Source: Erysipelotrichaceae bacterium
GTDB taxonomy: Bacteria; Bacillota_I; Bacilli_A; Erysipelotrichales; Erysipelotrichaceae
Reading direction: 5' to 3'
Assembly: GCA_963676105.1 (NCBI GenBank)
Contig: OY781039.1
Coordinates: 300,001 to 332,000, forward strand
DNA: 32,000 bases
Shown here piece by piece: positions 25,601 to 32,000 of the stretch (positions within the stretch are counted from its first letter, which is position 1; each line of letters opens with the position of its first letter). Under the pieces are notes generated by a model. The model was not told where the DNA came from. It did no database searches and worked only from the letters and a program-made list of their open reading frames with translations. Both the position numbers and the translations under genes were made by a program.

Positions 25601-27196
25601 GGTGACTTGTGCAAAGATTTGTTTGAAGTAAGCATACAAGTTTTGATCAGACTTACTTAAAATAGCTAAAGGGCCATCATGACCCATAGAGGCTATGTTT
25701 TCTTTACCATCACGTGCCATTGGCAAAAGGATGTTAATTCTTTCTTCTAAAGTATAGGCAAAAGCTTTTTGCCATTTTAGTAAATCGTCTAATGGTTTTT
25801 CATCATCGCATCCACATGGTGGAAGGGTATCTATATGAAGTTGTTGATTTTCTAACCATGTTTTGTAAGGTTTTGCGTTAGCGATTTCTTTTTTAATTTC
25901 TTTGTTTCGAATAAATGATTTTTTTATGGTATCAATGTATAAAAGTTCACCAGGTTTAACTTGGCCACTCTCTACGATTTCAGTAGGTTCAATATCTAAA
26001 ACACCAATTTCTGAAGCGATGACTAAACGATTATCTTTGGTTAAGATATAACGTGAAGGACGTAGACCATTACGATCTAAAGTTGCCGCTACATTTTCTC
26101 CATCGGTAATAACCATTGCGGCAGGCCCATCCCAAGCTTCCATATGAAGTTGTGAGAAAGCATAAAAAGCTTTTAATTCTTCTGGTAAATCTTTATTTTC
26201 CCAAGGCTCAGGAATCATCATCATAATTGCTTGAGCTAGTGGAATACCAGCTTCTACTAAAAACTCTAACGTATTATCAAAAATAGATGAATCAGACCCA
26301 TTATCAAAGACGATTGGTAAAACCCGTTGCATATTTTCGCCAAAGACATCATTAACCATCGTGTTTTGACGAGCTTTCATTCGATTGAGATTCCCACGCA
26401 AGGTGTTAATTTCACCATTATGGATTAACATACGATAAGGGTGAGCTCTTTCCCAAGATGGGAAGGTATTTGTACTATAACGAGAGTGAACTAGGGCAAT
26501 GGCTGATGTGTAGTTTAAATCTTGTAGATCTAAATAAAAACCATCGACTTGTTCAGCTGTTAACATCCCCTTATAAACAATTGTTTTAGAGGATAAAGAT
26601 GAAAAGTAAAAATAATCATCATCAGATTCATGCATTTCTTTGGTAATGTGTTCACAACGCTTACGAATAACATAAAGTAAACGTTCAAACATTTCATCAC
26701 TGGTGTCATCGTTTGCTTGAATAAAGAGTTGTCTTACATGGGGACGATTTGCGCGTGCACTGACACTTAAAACAGCTTCTTGTACAGGAACATAACGCCA
26801 ACCTAAGGTAATTTGATTCTCTTCTTCAACCATACGCTCAATCACTTCTTGGATTCTTAAACGTTGTTGTTTATGACGTGGTAAAAAGACCATCCCTACA
26901 CCGTAGCGTTTAAACGCTGGTAATTCAAAGCCTAACTCAATTGATCTAAAGTAAGCATCTGGGATTTGAGTTAAGATACCTGCGCCATCCCCGTTTTCTT
27001 CAATTGAACCAGCACCGCCTCTGTGTGCAAGTCGTCTTAAAACAAGTAAGGCATCATCTACAATTGAGTGACTTTTAATGCCATCAATCTGTGTAATACA
27101 ACCAATCCCACATGCATCATGTTCAAATGATGGGTTGTATAAGTTTTGCGCTTTAGGGTAACCTAAGCTTTTATTTTTTTGCTTTTCATTAAACAT
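22670..27196 (-). CDS. gltB: glutamate synthase large subunit
   Basis: 1508 aa. A propeptide is followed by the Ntn-amidotransferase cysteine in FEHDACGIG. The FMN/Fe-S central domain and the C-terminal GXGXG beta-helix region are recognisable. The length is typical of GltB. Confidence 0.95.
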   Translation of the reverse strand: MFNEKQKNKSLGYPKAQNLYNPSFEHDACGIGCITQIDGIKSHSIVDDALLVLRRLAHRGGAGSIEENGDGAGILTQIPDAYFRSIELGFELPAFKRYGVGMVFLPRHKQQRLRIQEVIERMVEEENQITLGWRYVPVQEAVLSVSARANRPHVRQLFIQANDDTSDEMFERLLYVIRKRCEHITKEMHESDDDYFYFSSLSSKTIVYKGMLTAEQVDGFYLDLQDLNYTSAIALVHSRYSTNTFPSWERAHPYRMLIHNGEINTLRGNLNRMKARQNTMVNDVFGENMQRVLPIVFDNGSDSSIFDNTLEFLVEAGIPLAQAIMMMIPEPWENKDLPEELKAFYAFSQLHMEAWDGPAAMVITDGENVAATLDRNGLRPSRYILTKDNRLVIASEIGVLDIEPTEIVESGQVKPGELLYIDTIKKSFIRNKEIKKEIANAKPYKTWLENQQLHIDTLPPCGCDDEKPLDDLLKWQKAFAYTLEERINILLPMARDGKENIASMGHDGPLAILSKSDQNLYAYFKQIFAQVTNPPIDALRERMMMSTQMDLGGIGNLLDAKEEDARRLKLNSPMLSHEQFKKILNCKRDGLNAKRLDATFTGNTGSNLEKALEALFTQADKAIEEGYTLLILSDRNWDKSHYPIPSLLALSGLHQHLTTQGTRTRVSLIVESAEAKETHHFALLVGYGASAIYPYLALDLVSKFVSDGQLKDLDIQTAQANYLKASLDGIVKIMSKMGISTLQSYQGAQIFEALGISTKVIDRYFTNTVSRIGGIDLDHIAQAIVKRVEKAESDNSIDPGSIFRFKKGGESHIYNPDTIKGLQEAVMNGDYEKFKEVTAELNSPDFGPINIRSLLGFNETIAVPLDEVESAREIVKRFKTGAMSYGSISPEAHEALAIAMNRLHAKSNTGEGGEDPARYLDRGLDSRNSAIKQIASGRFGVTSEYLSQAQEIQIKMAQGAKPGEGGQLPGMKVWPWIAKARNSTLGVTLISPPPHHDIYSIEDLAQLIHDMKNANNSAKISVKLVSENGVGTIAAGVAKGRADGILISGHDGGTGASPLSSIQHAGLPWELGLAETHQTLMLNNLRSRIKLETDGKLISGRDVVIAALLGAEEFGFATAPLVALGCVMARVCHMDTCPMGIATQNPQRREKYIGKPEYVVNFMLYIAEEVREIMAELGFRTINEMVGHTEVLKQVDFRNKIDLSNLISNTQAEYGHISPNHGLHKSLDQKVLIPYFKQSIKKGLSQKASFSITNVDRTFGTQLGHEITKRYGGVGLPENNFIVDLKGVAGQSFGAFIPSGITLNLEGYANDYCGKGLSGGSIIVKRFNELAYKSEENSIIGNVAFFGATSGEGYINGLAGERFAVRNSGAKLIVEGIGNHGCEYMTNGEVIVLGQFGFNFAAGMSGGIAYVFDPNNELETKANTDMVDLLDISPDEKTYLKQRIEKHIQLTDSELSKSILKNWTNHSKSFVKVYPKELHAIHLKIEEKLKTGMNYQTAQLEVFNESRK

Positions 27197-27202
27197 GTTT
27201 AG

Positions 27203-27231
27203 ATTATACCTAAAAAGACCTGTTTTTTCAC
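27203..27231 (-). promoter_or_regulatory. candidate gltB promoter with -10 box 6 nt from the ATG
   Basis: The minus strand reads GTGAAA-17 nt-TATAAT-ctaaac-ATG. The TATAAT is the rc of 27203-27208. The -35 is weak and there is no SD. Confidence 0.4.
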
Positions 27232-27253
27232 TAAGTTTACATAGATTTAGGCA

Positions 27254-27280
27254 AAGAAAAAGAACACCGAAGTGTTCTTT
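27254..27280 (-). terminator. rho-independent terminator after the M23 peptidase gene
   Basis: The minus strand reads AAGAACAC-ttcg-GTGTTCTT followed by TTTTCTTTG. This separates gltB from the upstream gene. Confidence 0.75.
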
Positions 27281-27291
27281 AGTAGAAATGA

Positions 27292-28461
27292 TTATCCTAA
27301 GTAATTGAGTGGATTTTGGTAAGATCCATTTTTAAGTACTTCAAAGTGTAAATGAACACCAGTGACATAACCACTTTTACCCATAGCCGCGATTTTTTGA
27401 CCAGCACTTACAGTATCACCAACACTTACATAAATCGCATTTGTATGACCATAGTTTGTGATTAAACCATTGCCATGATCAATCGATACCATATTACCTA
27501 ATTGACCATTCCAACCAGCATAGACTACTGTTCCTGATCCATATGCATAGATTGGTGTATTTAAGCTATTCGCTATATCAATTCCTGAATGGAAGGTACG
27601 AACACCTGTTATTGGATGAACACGATAACCATAACCACTTGAGAAATTACCGGTTGTAACCCCAAAGTCACCACCATAATCACGAGTGACCGTTGATTTG
27701 GTTCCAACTTTGATGACTGCAGTACTTGGTTCTGATAAAAGTGTTTCATTTAGAATATTGGTTTCTGTCGCCACACCATTCATTAGTGTGATTTCATATT
27801 CAACTTCTTTTAAACCATCAATTCCTTCTTCTATTACAATACGATCATCTTTATATAAACTATAATCTTTAATGGTTTCTACGTCATAAGGAATGATTTC
27901 ATCAACGATATTAGTGAAAGTAATTTTAACGTCAATGACTGGATCAGCTGCTTCTAATAAGATTTCATCACCAGGATGAATAAGTTCTGGATCAAGATTT
28001 GGGTTGAGAAGGATAATGCTGTCAATCGATACTTGATAGTTATCCGCAATCTTCCAAACGTTATCACCTTCTTGAACGACTACGATTTCAGCGGATGTTT
28101 CTGTTTGTGCTAAATAATCTCTCAGCAAATCAAGACTATCATAGGCATTACCATCTATTTTAGTTTCTCGAATTTCAATTTTTTGTAAGAATTCCATTGT
28201 ATCAATTTGAGCATTCTCATCGACTAATGATAAGAAACCTTGTTTATATTGATCTAAAATTTCTTGAACTTCTTCCACGTTTTGGAAGGTGAATAGTAAT
28301 TCATCATCAACGACAAACTGATAAGCAGGATTTAAAATAAGTGATCGTGGTTGAATCCCTTGAGTTGGAATCAAGATCATCACGAAAAGTATAAAGAAAA
28401 AGCCGAATAATAAATGAGCTTTTGTTAATTTGTTAATAAGGTCTAAAAATTTGTCTCGCAT
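27292..28461 (-). CDS. membrane-anchored M23 family metallopeptidase with LysM and G5-like domains
   Basis: C-terminal M23 motifs HSGIDIA and HLHFEV. LysM-like VVQEGDNVWKIADNYQVSIDSIILLNPNL...GDEILL. G5-like segment ending VIKVGTK, and an N-terminal TM. The start is uncertain. I prefer ATG 28461 (a TATAAT lies 6 nt upstream) over the tracked GTG at 28509; neither has an SD. Confidence 0.8.
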   Translation of the reverse strand: MRDKFLDLINKLTKAHLLFGFFFILFVMILIPTQGIQPRSLILNPAYQFVVDDELLFTFQNVEEVQEILDQYKQGFLSLVDENAQIDTMEFLQKIEIRETKIDGNAYDSLDLLRDYLAQTETSAEIVVVQEGDNVWKIADNYQVSIDSIILLNPNLDPELIHPGDEILLEAADPVIDVKITFTNIVDEIIPYDVETIKDYSLYKDDRIVIEEGIDGLKEVEYEITLMNGVATETNILNETLLSEPSTAVIKVGTKSTVTRDYGGDFGVTTGNFSSGYGYRVHPITGVRTFHSGIDIANSLNTPIYAYGSGTVVYAGWNGQLGNMVSIDHGNGLITNYGHTNAIYVSVGDTVSAGQKIAAMGKSGYVTGVHLHFEVLKNGSYQNPLNYLG

Positions 28462-28794
28462 GTGATTATTATATAGGAAATAAGAGAAAAAAAGTATGTC
28501 TTTTTTCACATAATTAAGGTTAAAAACGAGAATGATTTAAAAAGTTAAAATAAATATAAACAACTATTAAATATACGTATAAATCGTGAAATGAGAACAT
28601 ATTCGTGTAAGTAGTTTATTTAAAACAAAATAAATACAAAACTCTAAACTAATGGTGTTAATTTAATAGTTGAAAGTGTGGTAATTATGATTAATGGTTT
28701 CTTATTTATTACAGGCATTTTAATTTCAATGTTTACACTCATTTTAATCATCAAAGTTAATTTAACGAAAGCTGACAATCACTTCAAAAAAGAT

Positions 28795-30150
28795 TTATAT
28801 GCCTATAAATCTAATCGCTAAATTGAAATAGACAAGTAACGCTAGCGCATCAACAATTGTCGTAATCAGCGGGGAAGCCATGGCTGCAGGGTCTTGTTTA
28901 AGGGCTAATGCAAGTAGTGGTAATAAACCACCTGTAGTTTTTGCGAGTAATACAGTAATAAAAATTGTTAATGAAATAACTAAATCTACTTGTAAACTAT
29001 TCTCTGGATTAAATATTAGTAATCTTAGTACATTAACCGCAAACAAAATTAAACCAATAAAGAAGGCAACTCTAAGCTCTTTAAATAAAACTTTTCCAAA
29101 ATCTTTAAGTTCTAAGTTTTCTAAGGCTATATCACGGATGACCATAATGGATGCTTGAGAGCCAGCATTACCAGCTGTTGACATAATCATGGGTAATGAA
29201 ATAGCTAAGGCAGGGATTAAAGCTAAGGCATCTTCATAACCTTGAAGAATAAAACCAGTGAATGTAGCAGAAACCATTAAGATGATTAACCAAGTGATGC
29301 GTGATTTTGCCATGATAAAACTACTGGTTTCGATATAAGATCCATCCATAGGATTAATCGCCGCAATTTTCTGCATATCTTCGGTGGTTTCTTCGACGAT
29401 AACGTCAATAATATCATCAACGGTGATAATACCCATGAGTTTAAATTCATTATTCACAACAGGTAGTACGTTATAGTCATACTTTTTAAAAGTATTAGAT
29501 ACTTCTTCTTGATCATCGTTTGTATTAATGGCAATGACATCGCTTTCCATTAAGTCTTCAATAATTTCATCTTCTTGCGCAAATAAAATATCACGCAAAC
29601 GAATGGAACCAACCAAGGTTCTATTTTCATCAACAATATAGGAGTTTGTAATGGTCTCTGCACCTTTACCTTGTCTTTTAATACGAGCAATGGCTTGTTT
29701 AACGGTGTTACTACGTTTTAGTTCAACAAAATCAACAGTCATCATTGAACCTGCTGAATCTTCAGGATAACTTAGTAATAAATTTATGTTCGCTCTTTGA
29801 TCAACCCCTGCATTTCTTAATAACTTGGTAACCAAATTAGAAGGGAGCTCCTCAATAAAGTCAACAATATCATCGGTATATAAGTTCTCTAACATTTTTT
29901 CAATTTCAGGACCACTAAAGGCTTCAATGATATCTTGTTGAATATTAGAGGTTAGATAAGTAAAAAGTTCCGCACTAACTTCTTTTTTTAATATCTTAAA
30001 CAACAATAAAATAGACTCAAAGTCACATTCAGAAACTAAAGCAGCTAAGTCGACAATGTTGTAGTCATCAAAAACAGCGCGTATTTCAGAGTATTTACGA
30101 GCTTCAATAATAGCTTTAAATATTTTGAGGTTCATTTTTTTCTTAGCCAT
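28795..30150 (-). CDS. mgtE: magnesium transporter MgtE (paralog 1)
   Basis: 451 aa with an N-terminal MgtE_N domain, a CBS pair and a C-terminal 5-TM domain carrying the GNAGSQ and DPAAMASPLITTIVD motifs. SD GAGGT is present. The start overlaps the upstream stop (TAATG). Confidence 0.9.
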   Translation of the reverse strand: MAKKKMNLKIFKAIIEARKYSEIRAVFDDYNIVDLAALVSECDFESILLLFKILKKEVSAELFTYLTSNIQQDIIEAFSGPEIEKMLENLYTDDIVDFIEELPSNLVTKLLRNAGVDQRANINLLLSYPEDSAGSMMTVDFVELKRSNTVKQAIARIKRQGKGAETITNSYIVDENRTLVGSIRLRDILFAQEDEIIEDLMESDVIAINTNDDQEEVSNTFKKYDYNVLPVVNNEFKLMGIITVDDIIDVIVEETTEDMQKIAAINPMDGSYIETSSFIMAKSRITWLIILMVSATFTGFILQGYEDALALIPALAISLPMIMSTAGNAGSQASIMVIRDIALENLELKDFGKVLFKELRVAFFIGLILFAVNVLRLLIFNPENSLQVDLVISLTIFITVLLAKTTGGLLPLLALALKQDPAAMASPLITTIVDALALLVYFNLAIRFIGI

Positions 30151-31511
30151 TAAAATAACCTCATAAAGTAGGTCGCAATACTAAAGTATGCGATGAGTGA
30201 TAATGCATCAACTAAAGTCGTAATTAAAGGACCAGCCATAGTGGCAGGATCTTGTTTAAGCCAAATTGCAAATAATGGTAGTAAACCACCAACTAGATTC
30301 GCACTCAATATCACAATCAATACGGTAAAGGATACCAGTAAGGCAATACTCCAACCAACATCAGGCATAAATAAGCCAATACGTAGGGTATTGATGATAA
30401 ATAGAATGGATCCGATGAGTAAGGAAACTGTTAATTCTTTTCGAATAATTGAAAACGCATCCTTTAAACCCATATCATCGATGATGATTCCACGAATGAC
30501 CATGGAAGAAGCTTGTGAACCAGCATTACCCCCTGTATCCATTAACATAGGAATAAATATCGCTAAAGTTGGGATTAAAACGAGTAACTCTTGATTACTT
30601 GAAACGATGTAACCTGTAAAGGTGGCAGATATCATTAAAACCATTAACCAAGGTAATCGTGATTTAACGATCTCTATAGTATTTGTTTTTAAATACGAGT
30701 CGCTAATAGGATTCATTGATCCCATTTTATGGAAATCCTCCGTTGCCTCTTCTTCAAAAACGTCTAAGATATCATCAACGGTAATAATTCCTAAAATAAC
30801 ACCGGTACTATCAACGACAGGAATAGCTGTAATATCATATTTTGAAATGAGTTTTGCAGCTTCTTCTTGGTCATCTGTTGTAAATACAGAATGAACATCA
30901 CTTTCCATGATGTCTGCAATTCTAATTAAATCTTGGGCAAATAAAATTTCTTTAAATTCTACAACACCTGTTAAACGATTTCTATCATCCGTGATATAAC
31001 ACCATGCGATTGTTTCAGCCAGTTTACCTTGACGTGATATTTTGCGCATCGCTTGTTCAACAGTCGTATTAGAGCGAAGGGTAATAAATTCATTACTCAT
31101 GATAGATCCACATGAATTCTCTTCATAACTTAAGAAAGTATTAATATCTTTTCTAAGTTCTGCTGAAGCAGAATTTAAAATCTTCATGACTAATTCATCA
31201 GGTAATTCACTTAAAATTTCATTCAAGTCATCTGAATAGAGTTCTTCAAGTAATTTATGAAGCGTTTCAGGTTGAATATGGTTAGTTAAACGCTCAACCG
31301 TATCAGGATCTAAATAAGTTAAAAGTTCAGCTCCAATGTCTTTTCTTAATATTTTAAATAAGTGTAAAAGTTGGTCGGTCTCAAGGGGATCAACCATGCT
31401 TGCCGCATCAACAATATTGGTATCATCAAAAAACGTACGAATACGTTTATATTCTTTTGATTCAATGGCTTGCGAAAGAATTTCGACATTAAAGATTTCT
31501 GTTTGTTCCAT
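30150..31511 (-). CDS. mgtE: magnesium transporter MgtE (paralog 2)
   Basis: The start is set to ATG 31511 (MEQTEIFNVEIL...), giving 453 aa and matching paralog 1 and normal MgtE length. The tracked 60-aa N-terminal extension looks like translated intergenic sequence and overlaps the divergent gene. GNAGSQ and DPATMAGPLITTLVD motifs are present. Confidence 0.88.
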   Translation of the reverse strand: MEQTEIFNVEILSQAIESKEYKRIRTFFDDTNIVDAASMVDPLETDQLLHLFKILRKDIGAELLTYLDPDTVERLTNHIQPETLHKLLEELYSDDLNEILSELPDELVMKILNSASAELRKDINTFLSYEENSCGSIMSNEFITLRSNTTVEQAMRKISRQGKLAETIAWCYITDDRNRLTGVVEFKEILFAQDLIRIADIMESDVHSVFTTDDQEEAAKLISKYDITAIPVVDSTGVILGIITVDDILDVFEEEATEDFHKMGSMNPISDSYLKTNTIEIVKSRLPWLMVLMISATFTGYIVSSNQELLVLIPTLAIFIPMLMDTGGNAGSQASSMVIRGIIIDDMGLKDAFSIIRKELTVSLLIGSILFIINTLRIGLFMPDVGWSIALLVSFTVLIVILSANLVGGLLPLFAIWLKQDPATMAGPLITTLVDALSLIAYFSIATYFMRLF

Positions 31512-31644
31512 CAATTTTATTTTAAAGGCTAAGTGTCTATTAACCAAACAAAAAGTGCTTAATATCACAAAGACTTTACGAAACTTGAAAAATTTTCTTA
31601 AAATCCTTGACTTAGACTTAACTCTAGGGTTTAGGATAGTAGAT

Positions 31645-32000
31645 ATGAACAGAGATATTGAACAAGCAAAACAGATTTTAGATGAGAACAACTTTACCTG
31701 TGTATTGGTTAAGGGAGATAGTGTATATACATCAAATAAAAAAGGCGTAGCACCTGTCCTTGATTTAATGAGTGATAAAACTGATTTAAATGGGTATTCA
31801 CTTGCGGATCGAGTGATTGGTAAAAGTGTGGCCTATTTAGTGGTCCATGCGGGAATCAAAGAAGTGAATACCATAATGATTTCAAAACATGCCCTTGAAG
31901 TATTTGAAAAATATCAAATACCATTTACATATAATAAATTAGTAGATCGTATTTTAAATAATGCACAAGATGGCTTTTGTCCAATGGAATCAACAGTCTT
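31645..32000 (+). CDS. DUF1893 (TM1506-like) domain protein, 5' part (continues beyond window end)
   Basis: My translation, MNRDIEQAKQILDENNFTCVLVKGDSVYTSNKKGVAPVLDLM...ADRVIGKSVAYLVVHAGIKEV...DGFCPMES, stays open to the window end. The pattern matches my recollection of DUF1893. Confidence 0.6.
   Translation, partial: MNRDIEQAKQILDENNFTCVLVKGDSVYTSNKKGVAPVLDLMSDKTDLNGYSLADRVIGKSVAYLVVHAGIKEVNTIMISKHALEVFEKYQIPFTYNKLVDRILNNAQDGFCPMESTV

Noticed and set aside
28474-28686. c-di-AMP (ydaO-type) or other riboswitch upstream of the M23/LysM hydrolase
   Set aside because: The sequence is almost devoid of G/C runs and shows no conserved helices. The best promoter match sits right at the ATG.
28880-30894. 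Plus-strand ORFs of 92, 133 and 90 aa
   Set aside because: They are antisense shadows of the two mgtE genes. Their Ser/Ile/Asn-rich composition is typical of reverse-frame translation.
31512-31644. M-box (ykoK) Mg riboswitch upstream of mgtE
   Set aside because: The region is only 133 nt and very AT-rich, and I could not find the conserved G-rich M-box helices. A covariance-model scan would be decisive.
31512-31691. 60-codon N-terminal extension of mgtE paralog 2 in the ORF track
   Set aside because: The extension (MFSSKICFACSISLF...) has no similarity to the MgtE N-terminus and makes the protein 60 aa longer than its paralog. It also overlaps the divergent DUF1893 gene start.
1-32000. CRISPR arrays, rRNA, IS elements and long repeats
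   Set aside because: Reading both strands showed no regularly spaced repeat array, transposase or long duplicated segment. The only repeated material is the three diverged tandem paralog pairs (small membrane proteins, HutC-like regulators and MgtE).

Overview
This is a 32-kb chromosomal window from a low-GC, Bacillota-type bacterium. It uses the standard genetic code (TGA is a stop). Cell-wall genes are present (alr and a LysM/G5/M23 hydrolase), so the organism is walled. All calls come from reading motifs by eye; no searches were run.

The content is mostly housekeeping and accessory metabolism:
- two ABC exporter modules, one under a YtrA-type GntR regulator
- small DUF/GNAT genes and an alr operon
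- a six-gene tRNA array (Val-Thr-Tyr-Gln-Lys-Gly) followed by a cold-shock gene
- an orphan OppA-like lipoprotein, an HI0933-type flavoprotein and a LysR regulator
- an overlapping HD-GYP/GGDEF c-di-GMP gene pair
- a threonine-aldolase-like PLP enzyme
- a stand-alone 1508-aa glutamate synthase large subunit
- two translationally coupled MgtE paralogs

I found no CRISPR array, rRNA, transposase, integrase or recognisable defence gene.

The least explained parts are:
1. A self-contained, AT-rich four-ORF operon (6003-8565) of uncharacterised membrane proteins. It lies directly after the tRNA/csp block and includes a CxxC-x20-CxxC zinc-ribbon fusion and an untracked 29-aa hydrophobic peptide.
2. 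An operon of two tandem 243-aa HutC-like (wHTH+UTRA) paralogs plus a PRTase-fold protein (20050-22052).
3. A recurring promoter geometry in which a -10 box sits 6-9 nt from an ATG with no Shine-Dalgarno. It is seen at the alr operon, gltB, the M23 peptidase, the DUF1801 gene and mgtE, and suggests leaderless mRNAs.

None of these is proven to be a novel system.
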